From Leucoraja ocellata (taxonomy: Eukaryota): a stretch of 64,000 nucleotides of DNA. Under the pieces are notes generated by a model, which did not search any database, was not told the DNA's origin, and was given only the letters and a program-made list of their open reading frames with translations. The position numbers were made by a program, and so were the translations under genes. Location: NCBI GenBank assembly GCA_036785375.1, contig JAWMAR010000081.1:8184001-8248000 (forward strand). Direction: 5' to 3'. Of this stretch, positions 1 to 15,000 are shown piece after piece. Each line of letters begins with the position of its first letter. Position 1 is the first letter of the stretch.

Positions 1-3000
1 TTATGGATGTGATTTCTCCTGCTGGAGTTTGGGACATTGTCTCTCCTATAGTAATTTCAGAAGCCATCTCTCCAGCACTAGTTTGTGATGTTGTCTCTCC
101 TCCAGTAGAATGGGCCGTGCTCTCTCCTGCATTAATACTGGACGTTGTCTCTCCAGCAGTAGTATGCACTGTAGTCTCTCTTGATGTACTTTGGGACTGA
201 GTCTCCACTGTTGTACTTTGGGAGATCATCTCTACTGCAATAGTTTGGGAGGTGGTCTCACCTATGGCAGTTAGGGACATTGTCTCTCCTGTAGTAGATT
301 CAGATGAGATCTCAGGTGCAGTATTTTGGGATGTGGTCTCTACTGCTGTAGATTGGGACATAGTCTCTCCTGTTGTAGTTTTGAATGTGATCTCTTCAGT
401 TGAAGATTGGAACATGGTCTGTTCTACAGGAGTTTGGGATATTGTCACTACTGAAATAGTTTCAGATGTCAGCTCCTCTGTAGTAGCTTGGGCTGATGTC
501 ACTGGTGCAATTGTTTGGGTCGTGGTCTCTCCTGTGATAGATTGAGACATCATCTCTCCTGTTGTACTCTGGGACATGGTCTCTCCTGCAGTAGTTTGGG
601 ACAATGTCTGTCCTGTTGTAGGTTGAGATGTGGTCTCTCCTTCAGTAGGTATAGATGTGGTTTCTCCTGCAGGAGTTTGGGACATTGTCTCTCTTGTAGT
701 AGTTTTGGATGTCTTGTCACCAGCAGTAGTTTGAGATGTTCTCTCACCTCCAGTTGATTGGACCGTGCTCTCTCCTGCATTTGCTCTGGATGTGGACTCT
801 CCTGTAGTAGATTGAGCCGTTGTCTCTCCTGCTGTTCTCTGGGACATGGTCTCTCCTGCAGTAGTTTGCACTGTAGTCTCTCTTGATGTCTTTTGGGACT
901 GAGTCTCCACTGTTGTACTTTGGGACATCATCTCTACTGCAATAGTTTGAGAGATGGTCACACCTGTGGCAGTTAGGGACATTGTCTCTCCTGTAGTAGA
1001 TTCAGATGTGATCGCAGGTGCAGTATTTTGGGATGTTGTCTCTACTGCTGTAGATTGGGACATGGCCTGTCCTGTTGTAGTTTGGAATGTGGTCTCTTCA
1101 GTAGAAGATTGGAACATGGTCTGTTCTGCACTAGGTTCGGATGTTGTCACTACTGAACTAGTTTGGGACATTGTCTCTGCTGTAGTAATTTCAGATGTCA
1201 GCACTCCTGCAGTAGCTTGGGCCGTAGTCACAGGTGCAATTGTTTGGGTTGTGGTCTCTCCTGTAGTAGATTGAGACATCATCTCCCCTGTTGTAATTAC
1301 GGACATGGTCTCTCCTGTAGTAGTTTGGGACGCGGTCTCTCCTATGGTAGTTTTAGATGTGCTTTCTCCTTCAGTACTTTGCGAAATTATTTTTCCTGTT
1401 GTAGATTGGGACATGGTCTCTACTTCAATAGTTCGTGATGTAGTCACTTCTGCAGTAGTTGGAGACACGATCTCTCCTGTAGTAGTTTTTATCGTTGTCT
1501 CTCCTGCAGAAGTTTGGGCAGTGTTCTCTGCTGCAGTCGTTTCGGCCGTTGTCTCTCCTGCAGTAATTTGGGATATCGTCTGTCCTATTGTAGTTTGAGA
1601 CAAGCTCTCTTCTGTGATAGTTTGGGATGTTGTCGCACCTTCAGAAGTTTGGGATATGATCTCTCCTGCCGTAGTTTGAAACGATATCTGCCGTGTTGTA
1701 CGTTGGGATGTGGTCTCTCCTTCTGTGGTTATGGATGTGATTTCTCCTGCTGGAGTTTGGGACATTGTCTCTCCTATAGTAATTTCAGAAGCCATCTCTC
1801 CAGCACTAGTTTGTGATGTTGTCTCTCCTCCAGTAGAATGGGCCGTGCTCTCTCCTGCATTAATACTGGACGTTGTCTCTCCTGCAGTAGTATGTACTGT
1901 AGTCTCTCTTGATGTACTTTGGGACTGAGTCTCCACTGTTGTACTTTGGGAGATCATCTCTACTGCAATAGTTTGGGAGGTGGTCTCACCTATGGCAGTT
2001 AGGGACATTGTCTCTCCTGTAGTAGATTCAGATGTGATCGCAGGTGCATTATTTTGGGATGTTGTCTCTACTGCTGTAGATTGGGACATAGTCTCTCCTG
2101 TTGTAGTTTTGAATGTGGTCTCTTCAGTTGAAGATTGGAACATGGTCTGTTCTACAGGAGTTTGGGATATTGTCACTACTGAAATAGTTTCAGATGTCAG
2201 CTCCTCTGTAGTAGCTTGGGCTGATGTCACTGGTGCAATTGTTTGGGTCATGGTCTCTCCTGTGATAGATTGAGACATCATCTCTCCTGTTGTACTCTGG
2301 GACATGGTCTCTCCTGCAGTAGTTTGGGACAATGTCTGTCCTGTTGTAGGTTGAGATGTGTTCTCTCCTTCAGTAGGTATAGATGTGGTTTCTCCTGCAG
2401 GAGTTTGGGACATTGTCTCTCTTGTAGTAGTTTTGGATGTCTTGTCACCAGCAGTAGTTTGAGATGTTCTCTCACCTCCAGTTGATTGGACCGTGCTCTC
2501 TCCTGCATTTGCTCTGGATGTGGACTCTCCTGTAGTAGATTGAGCCGTTGTCTCTCCTGCTGTTCTCTGGGACATGGTCTCTCCTGCAGTTGTTTGCACT
2601 GTAGTCTCTCTTGATGTCTTTTGGGACTGAGTCTCCACTGTTGTACTTTGTGACATCATCTCTACTACAATAGTTTGAGAGATGGTCACACCTGTGGCAG
2701 TTAGGGACATTGTCTCTCCTGTAGTAGATTCAGATGTGATCGCAGGTGCAGTATTTTGGGATGTTGTCTCTACTGCTGTAGATTGGGACATAGTCTCTCC
2801 TGTTGTAGTTTTGAATGTGGTCTCTTCAGTAGAAGATTGGAACATGGTCTGTTCTGCACTAGGTTCGGATGTTGTCACTACTGAACTAGTTTGGGACATT
2901 GTCTCTGCTGTAGTAATTTCAGATGTCAGCACTCCTGCAGTAGCTTGGGCCGTAGTCACGGGTGCAATTGTTTGGGTTGTGGTCTCTCCTGTAGTAGATT

Positions 3001-6000
3001 GAGACATCATCTCCCCTGTTGTAATTACGGACATGGTCTCTCCTGTAGTAGTTTGGGACGCGGTCTCTCCTATGGTAATTTTAGATGTGCTTTCTCCTTC
3101 AGTACTTTGCGAAATTATTTTTCCTGTTGTAGATTGGGACATGGTCTCTACTTCAATAGTTCGTGATGTAGTCACTTCTGCAGTAGTTGGAGACACGATC
3201 TCTCCTGTAGTAGTTTTTATCGTTGTCTCTCCTGCAGAAGTTTGGGCAGTGTTCTCTGCTGCAGTCGTTTCGGCCGTTGTCTCTCCTGCAGTAATTTGGG
3301 ATATCGTCTGTCCTATTGTAGTTTGAGACAAGCTCTCTTCTGTGATAGTTTGGGATGTTGTCGCACCTTCAGAAGTTTGGGATATGATCTCTCCTGCCGT
3401 AGTTTGAAACGATATCTGCCGTGTTGTACGTTGGGATGTGGTCTCTCCTTCTGTGGTTATGGATGTGATTTCTCCTGCTGGAGTTTGGGACATTGTCTCT
3501 CCTATAGTAATTTCAGAAGCCATCTCTCCAGCACTAGTTTGTGATGTTGTCTCTCCTCCAGTAGAATGGGCCGTGCTCTCTCCTGCATTAATACTGGACG
3601 TTGTCTCTCCTGCAGTAGTATGTACTGTAGTCTCTCTTGATGTACTTTGGGACTGAGTCTCCACTGTTGTACTTTGGGAGATCATCTCTACTGCAATAGT
3701 TTGGGAGGTGGTCTCACCTATGGCAGTTAGGGACATTGTCTCTCCTGTAGTAGATTCAGATGTGATCGCAGGTGCATTATTTTGGGATGTTGTCTCTACT
3801 GCTGTAGATTGGGACATAGTCTCTCCTGTTGTAGTTTTGAATGTGGTCTCTTCAGTTGAAGATTGGAACATGGTCTGTTCTACAGGAGTTTGGGATATTG
3901 TCACTACTGAAATAGTTTCAGATGTCAGCTCCTCTGTAGTAGCTTGGGCTGATGTCACTGGTGCAATTGTTTGGGTCATGGTCTCTCCTGTGATAGATTG
4001 AGACATCATCTCTCCTGTTGTACTCTGGGACATGGTCTCTCCTGCAGTAGTTTGGGACAATGTCTGTCCTGTTGTAGGTTGAGATGTGTTCTCTCCTTCA
4101 GTAGGTATAGATGTGGTTTCTCCTGCAGGAGTTTGGGACATTGTCTCTCTTGTAGTAGTTTTGGATGTCTTGTCACCAGCAGTAGTTTGAGATGTTCTCT
4201 CACCTCCAGTTGATTGGACCGTGCTCTCTCCTGCATTTGCTCTGGATGTGGACTCTCCTGTAGTAGATTGAGCCGTTGTCTCTCCTGCTGTTCTCTGGGA
4301 CATGGTCTCTCCTGCAGTTGTTTGCACTGTAGTCTCTCTTGATGTCTTTTGGGACTGAGTCTCCACTGTTGTACTTTGTGACATCATCTCTACTACAATA
4401 GTTTGAGAGATGGTCACACCTGTGGCAGTTAGGGACATTGTCTCTCCTGTAGTAGATTCAGATGTGATCGCAGGTGCAGTATTTTGGGATGTTGTCTCTA
4501 CTGCTGTAGATTGGGACATAGTCTCTCCTGTTGTAGTTTTGAATGTGGTCTCTTCAGTAGAAGATTGGAACATGGTCTGTTCTGCACTAGGTTCGGATGT
4601 TGTCACTACTGAACTAGTTTGGGACATTGTCTCTGCTGTAGTAATTTCAGATGTCAGCACTCCTGCAGTAGCTTGGGCCGTAGTCACGGGTGCAATTGTT
4701 TGGGTTGTGGTCTCTCCTGTAGTAGATTGAGACATCATCTCCCCTGTTGTAATTACGGACATGGTCTCTCCTGTAGTAGTTTGGGACGCGGTCTCTCCTA
4801 TGGTAATTTTAGATGTGCTTTCTCCTTCAGTACTTTGCGAAATTATTTTTCCTGTTGTAGATTGGGACATGGTCTCTACTTCAATAGTTCGTGATGTAGT
4901 CACTTCTGCAGTAGTTGGAGACACGATCTCTCCTGTAGTAGTTTTTATCGTTGTCTCTCCTGCAGAAGTTTGGGCAGTGTTCTCTGCTGCAGTCGTTTCG
5001 GCCGTTGTCTCTCCTGCAGTAATTTGGGATATCGTCTGTCCTATTGTAGTTTGAGACAAGCTCTCTTCTGTGATAGTTTGGGATGTTGTCGCACCTTCAG
5101 AAGTTTGGGATATGATCTCTCCTGCCGTAGTTTGAAACGATATCTGCCGTGTTGTACGTTGGGATGTGGTCTCTCCTTCTGTGGTTATGGATGTGATTTC
5201 TCCTGCTGGAGTTTGGGACATTGTCTCTCCTATAGTAATTTCAGAAGCCATCTCTCCAGCACTAGTTTGTGATGTTGTCTCTCCTCCAGTAGAATGGGCC
5301 GTGCTCTCTCCTGCATTAATACTGGACGTTGTCTCTCCAGCAGTAGTATGCACTGTAGTCTCTCTTGATGTACTTTGGGACTGAGTCTCCACTGTTGTAC
5401 TTTGGGAGATCATCTCTACTGCAATAGTTTGGGAGGTGGTCTCACCTATGGCAGTTAGGGACATTGTCTCTCCTGTAGTAGATTCAGATGTGATCGCAGG
5501 TGCATTATTTTGGAATGTTGTCTCTACTGCTGTAGATTGGGACATAGTCTCTCCTGTTGTAGTTTTGAATGTGGTCTCTTCAGTTTGAGATTGGAACATG
5601 GTCTGTTCTACAGGAGTTTGGGATATTGTCACTACTGAAATAGTTTCAGATGTCAGCTCCTCTGTAGTAGCTTGGGCTGATGTCACTGGTGCAATTGTTT
5701 GGGTCATGGTCTCTCCTGTGATAGATTGAGACATCATCTCTCCTGTTGTACTCTGGGACATGGTCTCTCCTGCAGTAGTTTGGGACAATGTCTGTCCTGT
5801 TGTAGGTTGAGATGTGTTCTCTCCTTCAGTAGGTATAGATGTGGTTTCTCCTGCAGGAGTTTGGGACATTGTCTCTCTTGTAGTAGTTTTGGATGTCTTG
5901 TCACCAGCAGTAGTTTGAGATGTTCTCTCACCTCCAGTTGATTGGACCGTGCTCTCTCCTGCATTTGCTCTGGATGTGGACTCTCCTGTAGTAGATTGAG

Positions 6001-9000
6001 CCGTTGTCTCTCCTGCTGTTCTCTGGGACATGGTCTCTCCTGCAGTTGTTTGCACTGTAGTCTCTCTTGATGTCTTTTGGGACTGAGTCTCCACTGTTGT
6101 ACTTTGTGACATCATCTCTACTACAATAGTTTGAGAGATGGTCACACCTGTGGCAGTTAGGGACATTGTCTCTCCTGTAGTAGATTCAGATGTGATCGCA
6201 GGTGCAGTATTTTGGGATGTTGTCTCTACTGCTGTAGATTGGGACATAGTCTCTCCTGTTGTAGTTTTGAATGTGGTCTCTTCAGTAGAAGATTGGAACA
6301 TGGTCTGTTCTGCACTAGGTTCGGATGTTGTCACTACTGAACTAGTTTGGGACATTGTCTCTGCTGTAGTAATTTCAGATGTCAGCACTCCTGCAGTAGC
6401 TTGGGCCGTAGTCACGGGTGCAATTGTTTGGGTTGTGGTCTCTCCTGTAGTAGATTGAGACATCATCTCCCCTGTTGTAATTACGGACATGGTCTCTCCT
6501 GTAGTAGTTTGGGACGCGGTCTCTCCTATGGTAATTTTAGATGTGCTTTCTCCTTCAGTACTTTGCGAAATTATTTTTCCTGTTGTAGATTGGGACATGG
6601 TCTCTACTTCAATAGTTCGTGATGTAGTCACTTCTGCAGTAGTTGGAGACACGATCTCTCCTGTAGTAGTTTTTATCGTTGTCTCTCCTGCAGAAGTTTG
6701 GGCAGTGTTCTCTGCTGCAGTCGTTTCGGCCGTTGTCTCTCCTGCAGTAATTTGGGATATCGTCTGTCCTATTGTAGTTTGAGACAAGCTCTCTTCTGTG
6801 ATAGTTTGGGATGTTGTCGCACCTTCAGAAGTTTGGGATATGATCTCTCCTGCCGTAGTTTGAAACGATATCTGCCGTGTTGTACGTTGGGATGTGGTCT
6901 CTCCTTCTGTGGTTATGGATGTGATTTCTCCTGCTGGAGTTTGGGACATTGTCTCTCCTATAGTAATTTCAGAAGCCATCTCTCCAGCACTAGTTTGTGA
7001 TGTTGTCTCTCCTCCAGTAGAATGGGCCGTGCTCTCTCCTGCATTAATACTGGACGTTGTCTCTCCAGCAGTAGTATGCACTGTAGTCTCTCTTGATGTA
7101 CTTTGGGACTGAGTCTCCACTGTTGTACTTTGGGAGATCATCTCTACTGCAATAGTTTGGGAGGTGGTCTCACCTATGGCAGTTAGGGACATTGTCTCTC
7201 CTGTAGTAGATTCAGATGAGATCTCAGGTGCAGTATTTTGGGATGTGGTCTCTACTGCTGTAGATTGGGACATAGTCTCTCCTGTTGTAGTTTTGAATGT
7301 GATCTCTTCAGTTGAAGATTGGAACATGGTCTGTTCTACAGGAGTTTGGGATATTGTCACTACTGAAATAGTTTCAGATGTCAGCTCCTCTGTAGTAGCT
7401 TGGGCTGATGTCACTGGTGCAATTGTTTGGGTCGTGGTCTCTCCTGTGATAGATTGAGACATCATCTCTCCTGTTGTACTCTGGGACATGGTCTCTCCTG
7501 CAGTAGTTTGGGACAATGTCTGTCCTGTTGTAGGTTGAGATGTGGTCTCTCCTTCAGTAGGTATAGATGTGGTTTCTCCTGCAGGAGTTTGGGACATTGT
7601 CTCTCTTGTAGTAGTTTTGGATGTCTTGTCACCAGCAGTAGTTTGAGATGTTCTCTCACCTCCAGTTGATTGGACCGTGCTCTCTCCTGCATTTGCTCTG
7701 GATGTGGACTCTCCTGTAGTAGATTGAGCCGTTGTCTCTCCTGCTGTTCTCTGGGACATGGTCTCTCCTGCAGTAGTTTGCACTGTAGTCTCTCTTGATG
7801 TCTTTTGGGACTGAGTCTCCACTGTTGTACTTTGGGACATCATCTCTACTGCAATAGTTTGAGAGATGGTCACACCTGTGGCAGTTTGGGACATTGTCTC
7901 TTCTGTAGTAGTTTCAGATGCAATCTCTGGTGCAGTATTTTGGGATGCGGTCTCTACTGCTGTAGATTGCGACATGGCCTTTCCTGTTGTAGTTTGGAAT
8001 GTGGTCTCTTCAGTAGAAGATTGGAACATGGTCTGTTCTGCAGTAGGTTGGGATGTTGTCACTACTGAACTAGTTTGGGACATTGTCTCTGCTGTAGTAA
8101 TTTCAGATGTCAGCACTCCTGCAGTAGCTTGGGCCGTAGTCACGGGTGCAATTGTTTGGGTTGTGGTCTCTCCTGTAGTAGATTGAGACATCATCTCCCC
8201 TGTTGTAATTACGGACATGGTCTCTCCTGTAGTAGTTTGGGACGCGGTCTCTCCTATGGTAGTTTTAGATGTGCTTTCTCCTTCAGTACTTTGCGAAATT
8301 ATTTTTCCTGTTGTAGATTGGGACATGGTCTCTACTTCAATAGTTCGTGATGTAGTCACTTCTGCAGTAGTTGGAGACACGATCTCTCCTGTAGTAGTTT
8401 TTATCGTTGTCTCTCCTGCAGAAGTTTGGGCGGTGTTCTCTGCTGCAGTCGTTTCGGCCGTTGTCTCTCCTGCAGTAATTTGGGATATCGTCTGTCCTAT
8501 TGTAGTTTGAGACAAGCTCTCTTCTGTGATAGTTTGGGATGTTGTCGCACCTTCAGAAGTTTGGGATATGATCTCTCCTGCCGTAGTTTGAAACGATATC
8601 TGCCGTGTTGTACGTTGGGATGTGGTCTCTCCTTCTGTGGTTATGGATGTGATTTCTCCTGCTGGAGTTTGGGACATTGTCTCTCCTATAGTAATTTCAG
8701 AAGCCATCTCTCCAGCACTAGTTTGTGATGTTGTCTCTCCTCCAGTAGAATGGGCCGTGCTCTCTCCTGCATTAATACTGGACGTTGTCTCTCCAGCAGT
8801 AGTATGCACTGGTGCAATTGTTTGGGTCATGGTCTCTCCTGTGATAGATTGAGACATCATCTCTCCTGTTGTACTCTGGGACATGGTCTCTCCTGCAGTA
8901 GTTTGGGACAATGTCTGTCCTGTTGTAGGTTGAGATGTGTTCTCTCCTTCAGTAGGTATAGATGTGGTTTCTCCTGCAGGAGTTTGGGACATTGTCTCTC

Positions 9001-12000
9001 TTGTAGTAGTTTTGGATGTCTTGTCACCAGCAGTAGTTTGAGATGTTCTCTCACCTCCAGTTGATTGGACCGTGCTCTCTCCTGCATTTGCTCTGGACGT
9101 GGACTCTCCTGTAGTAGATTGAGCCGTTGTCTCTCCTGCTGTTCTCTGGGACATGGTCTCTCCTGCAGTTGTTTGCACTGTAGTCTCTCTTGATGTCTTT
9201 TGGGACTGAGTCTCCACTGTTGTACTTTGTGACATCATCTCTACTGCAATAGTTTGGGAGGTGGTCTCACCTGTGGCAGTTAGGGACATTGTCTCTCCTG
9301 TAGTAGATTCAGATGTGATCGCAGGTGCAGTATTTTGGGATGTTGTCTCTACTGCTGTAGATTGGGACACAGTCTCTCCTGTTGTAGTTTTGAATGTGGT
9401 CTCTTCAGTAGAAGATTGGAACATGGTCTGTTCTGCACTAGGTTCGGATGTTGTCACTACTGAACTAGTTTGGGACATTGTCTCTGCTGTAGTAATTTCA
9501 GATGTCAGCACTCCTGCAGTAGCTTGGGCCGTAGTCACAGGTGCAATTGTTTGGGTTGTGGTCTCTCCTGTAGTAGATTGAGACATCATCTCCCCTGTTG
9601 TAATTACGGACATGGTCTCTCCTGTAGTAGTTTGGGACGCGGTCTCTCCTATGGTAATTTTAGATGTGCTTTCTCCTTCAGTACTTTGCGAAATTATTTT
9701 TCCTGTTGTAGATTGGGACATGGTCTCTACTTCAATAGTTCGTGATGTAGTCACTTCTGCAGTAGTTGGAGACACGATCTCTCCTGTAGTAGTTTTTATC
9801 GTTGTCTCTCCTGCAGAAGTTTGGGCAGTGTTCTCTGCTGCAGTCGTTTCGGCCGTTGTCTCTCCTGCAGTAATTTGGGATATCGTCTGTCCTATTGTAG
9901 TTTGAGACAAGCTCTCTTCTGTGATAGTTTGGGATGTTGTCGCACCTTCAGAAGTTTGGGATATGATCTCTCCTGCCGTAGTTTGAAACGATATCTGCCG
10001 TGTTGTACGTTGGGATGTGGTCTCTCCTTCTGTGGTTATGGATGTGATTTCTCCTGCTGGAGTTTGGGACATTGTCTCTCCTATAGTAATTTCAGAAGCC
10101 ATCTCTCCAGCACTAGTTTGTGATGTTGTCTCTCCTCCAGTAGAATGGGCCGTGCTCTCTCCTGCATTAATACTGGACGTTGTCTCTCCAGCAGTAGTAT
10201 GCACTGTAGTCTCTCTTGATGTACTTTGGGACTGAGTCTCCACTGTTGTACTTTGGGAGATCATCTCTACTGCAATAGTTTGGGAGGTGGTCTCACCTAT
10301 GGCAGTTAGGGACATTGTCTCTCCTGTAGTAGATTCAGATGAGATCTCAGGTGCAGTATTTTGGGATGTGGTCTCTACTGCTGTAGATTGGGACATAGTC
10401 TCTCCTGTTGTAGTTTTGAATGTGATCTCTTCAGTTGAAGATTGGAACATGGTCTGTTCTACAGGAGTTTGGGATATTGTCACTACTGAAATAGTTTCAG
10501 ATGTCAGCTCCTCTGTAGTAGCTTGGGCTGATGTCACTGGTGCAATTGTTTGGGTCGTGGTCTCTCCTGTGATAGATTGAGACATCATCTCTCCTGTTGT
10601 ACTCTGGGACATGGTCTCTCCTGCAGTAGTTTGGGACAATGTCTGTCCTGTTGTAGGTTGAGATGTGGTCTCTCCTTCAGTAGGTATAGATGTGGTTTCT
10701 CCTGCAGGAGTTTGGGACATTGTCTCTCTTGTAGTAGTTTTGGATGTCTTGTCACCAGCAGTAGTTTGAGATGTTCTCTCACCTCCAGTTGATTGGACCG
10801 TGCTCTCTCCTGCATTTGCTCTGGATGTGGACTCTCCTGTAGTAGATTGAGCCGTTGTCTCTCCTGCTGTTCTCTGGGACATGGTCTCTCCTGCAGTAGT
10901 TTGCACTGTAGTCTCTCTTGATGTCTTTTGGGACTGAGTCTCCACTGTTGTACTTTGGGACATCATCTCTACTGCAATAGTTTGAGAGATGGTCACACCT
11001 GTGGCAGTTTGGGACATTGTCTCTTCTGTAGTAGTTTCAGATGCAATCTCTGGTGCAGTATTTTGGGATGTGGTCTCTACTGCTGTAGATTGCGACATGG
11101 CCTTTCCTGTTGTAGTTTGGAATGTGGTCTCTTCAGTAGAAGATTGGAACATGGTCTGTTCTGCAGTAGGTTGGGATGTTGTCACTACTGAACTAGTTTG
11201 GGACATTGTCTCTGCTGTAGTAATTTCAGATGTCAGCACTCCTGCAGTAGCTTGGGCCGTAGTCACGGGTGCAATTGTTTGGGTTGTGGTCTCTCCTGTA
11301 GTAGATTGAGACATCATCTCCCCTGTTGTAATTACGGACATGTTCTCTCCTGTAGTAGTTTGGGACGCGGTCTCTCCTATGGTAGTTTTAGATGTGCTTT
11401 CTCCTTCAGTACTTTGCGAAATTATTTTTCCTGTTGTAGATTGGGACATGGTCTCTACTTCAATAGTTCGTGATGTAGTCACTTCTGCAGTAGTTGGAGA
11501 CACGATCTCTCCTGTAGTAGTTTTTATCGTTGTCTCTCCTGCAGAAGTTTGGGCGGTGTTCTCTGCTGCAGTCGTTTCGGCCGTTGTCTCTCCTGCAGTA
11601 ATTTGGGATATCGTCTGTCCTATTGTAGTTTGAGACAAGCTCTCTTCTGTGATAGTTTGGGATGTTGTCGCACCTTCAGAAGTTTGGGATATGATCTCTC
11701 CTGCCGTAGTTTGAAACGATATCTGCCGTGTTGTACGTTGGGATGTGGTCTCTCCTTCTGTGGTTATGGATGTGATTTCTCCTGCTGGAGTTTGGGACAT
11801 TGTCTCTCCTATAGTAATTTCAGAAGCCATCTCTCCAGCACTAGTTTGTGATGTTGTCTCTCCTCCAGTAGAATGGGCCGTGCTCTCTCCTGCATTAATA
11901 CTGGACGTTGTCTCTCCAGCAGTAGTATGCACTGTGGTCTCTCTAGATGTACTTTGGGACTGAGTCTCCACTGTTGTACTTTGGGAGATCATCTCTACTG

Positions 12001-15000
12001 CAATAGTTTGGGAGGTGGTCTCACCTATGGCAGTTAGGGACATTGTCTCTCCTGTAGTAGATTCAGATGTGATCGCAGGTGCAGTATTTTGGGATGTGGT
12101 CTCTACTGCTGTAGATTGGGACATAGTCTCTCCTGTTGTAGTTTTGAATGTGATCTCTTCAGTTGAAGATTGGAACATGGTCTGTTCTACAGGAGTTTGG
12201 GATATTGTCACTACTGAAATAGTTTCAGATGTCAGCTCCTCTGTAGTAGCTTGGGCTGATGTCACTGGTGCAATTGTTTGGGTCATGGTCTCTCCTGTGA
12301 TAGATTGAGACATCATCTCTCCTGTTGTACTCTGGGACATGGTCTCTCCTGCAGTAGTTTGGGACAATGTCTGTCCTGTTGTAGGTTGAGATGTGTTCTC
12401 TCCTTCAGTAGGTATAGATGTGGTTTCTCCTGCAGGAGTTTGGGACATTGTCTCTCTTGTAGTAGTTTTGGATGTCTTGTCACCAGCAGTAGTTTGAGAT
12501 GTTCTCTCACCTCCAGTTGATTGGACCGTGCTCTCTCCTGCATTTGCTCTGGACGTGGACTCTCCTGTAGTAGATTGAGCCATTGTCTCTCCTGCTGTTC
12601 TCTGGGACATGGTCTCTCCTGCAGTTGTTTGCACTGTAGTCTCTCTTGATGTCTTTTGGGACTGAGTCTCCACTGTTGTACTTTGTGACATCATCTCTAC
12701 TACAATAGTTTGAGAGATGGTCACACCTGTGGCAGTTAGGGACATTGTCTCTCCTGTAGTAGATTCAGATGTGATCGCAGGTGCAGTATTTTGGGATGTT
12801 GTCTCTACTGCTGTAGATTGGGACATAGTCTCTCCTGTTGTAGTTTTGAATGTGGTCTCTTCAGTAGAAGATTGGAACATGGTCTGTTCTGCAGTAGGTT
12901 GGGATGTTGTCACTACTGAACTAGTTTGGGACATTGTCTCTGCTGTAGTAATTTCAGATGTCAGCACTCCTGCAGTAGCTTGGGCCGTAGTCACGGGTGC
13001 AATTGTTTGGGTTGTGGTCTCTCCTGTAGTAGATTGAGACATCATCTCCCCTGTTGTAATTACGGACATGGTCTCTCCTGTAGTAGTTTGGGACGCGGTC
13101 TCTCCTATGGTAATTTTAGATGTGCTTTCTCCTTCAGTACTTTGCGAAATGATTTTTCCTGTTGTAGATTGGGACATGGTCTCTACTTCAATAGTTCGTG
13201 ATGTAGTCACTTCTGCAGTAGTTGGAGACACGATCTCTCCTGTAGTAGTTTTTATCGTTGTCTCTCCTGCAGAAGTTTGGGCAGTGTTCTCTGCTGCAGT
13301 CGTTTCGGCCGTTGTCTCTCCTGCAGTAATTTGGGATATCGTCTGTCCTATTGTAGTTTGAGACAAGCTCTCTTCTGTGATAGTTTGGGATGTTGTCGCA
13401 CCTTCAGAAGTTTGGGATATGATCTCTCCTGCCGTAGTTTGAAACGATATCTGCCGTGTTGTACGTTGGGATGTGGTCTCTCCTTCTGTGGTTATGGATG
13501 TGATTTCTCCTGCTGGAGTTTGGGACATTGTCTCTCCTATAGTAATTTCAGAAGCCATCTCTCCAGCACTAGTTTGTGATGTTGTCTCTCCTCCAGTAGA
13601 ATGGGCCGTGCTCTCTCCTGCATTAATACTGGACGTTGTCTCTCCAGCAGTAGTATGCACTGTAGTCTCTCTTGATGTACTTTGGGACTGAGTCTCCACT
13701 GTTGTACTTTGGGAGATCATCTCTACTGCAATAGTTTGGGAGGTGGTCTCACCTATGGCAGTTAGGGACATTGTCTCTCCTGTAGTAGATTCAGATGAGA
13801 TCTCAGGTGCAGTATTTTGGGATGTGGTCTCTACTGCTGTAGATTGGGACATAGTCTCTCCTGTTGTAGTTTTGAATGTGATCTCTTCAGTTGAAGATTG
13901 GAACATGGTCTGTTCTACAGGAGTTTGGGATATTGTCACTACTGAAATAGTTTCAGATGTCAGCTCCTCTCTAGTAGCTTGGGCTGATGTCACTGGTGCA
14001 ATTGTTTGGGTCGTGGTCTCTCCTGTGATAGATTGAGACATCATCTCTCCTGTTGTACTCTGGGACATGGTCTCTCCTGCAGTAGTTTGGGACAATGTCT
14101 GTCCTGTTGTAGGTTGAGATGTGGTCTCTCCTTCAGTAGGTATAGATGTGGTTTCTCCTGCAGGAGTTTGGGACATTGTCTCTCTTGTAGTAGTTTTGGA
14201 TGTCTTGTCACCAGCAGTAGTTTGAGATGTTCTCTCACCTCCAGTTGATTGGACCGTGCTCTCTCCTGCATTTGCTCTGGATGTGGACTCTCCTGTAGTA
14301 GATTGAGCCGTTGTCTCTCCTGCTGTTCTCTGGGACATGGTCTCTCCTGCAGTAGTTTGCACTGTAGTCTCTCTTGATGTCTTTTGGGACTGAGTCTCCA
14401 CTGTTGTACTTTGGGACATCATCTCTACTGCAATAGTTTGAGAGATGGTCACACCTGTGGCAGTTTGGGACATTGTCTCTTCTGTAGTAGTTTCAGATGC
14501 AATCTCTGGTGCAGTATTTTGGGATGCGGTCTCTACTGCTGTAGATTGCGACATGGCCTTTCCTGTTGTAGTTTGGAATGTGGTCTCTTCAGTAGAAGAT
14601 TGGAACATGGTCTGTTCTGCAGTAGGTTGGGATGTTGTCACTACTGAACTAGTTTGGGACATTGTCTCTGCTGTAGTAATTTCAGATGTCAGCACTCCTG
14701 CAGTAGCTTGGGCCGTAGTCACAGGTGCAATTGTTTGGGTTGTGGTCTCTCCTGTAGTAGATTGAGACATCATCTCCCCTGTTGTAATTACGGACATGGT
14801 CTCTCCTGTAGTAGTTTGGGACGCGGTCTCTCCTATGGTAATTTTAGATGTGCTTTCTCCTTCAGTACTTTGCGAAATTATTTTTCCTGTTGTAGATTGG
14901 GACATGGTCTCTACTTCAATAGTTCGTGATGTAGTCACTTCTGCAGTAGTTGGAGACACGATCTCTCCTGTAGTAGTTTTTATCGTTGTCTCTCCTGCAG

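Noticed and set aside
5581-5592. Possible frameshift at cagtttgagattgg, where a shadow ORF is missing
   Set aside because: Length is unchanged. It is a 2-nt change (TCA->CAA, Ser->Gln on the minus strand) that creates a stop only in the antisense frame, and it could be a local consensus error.
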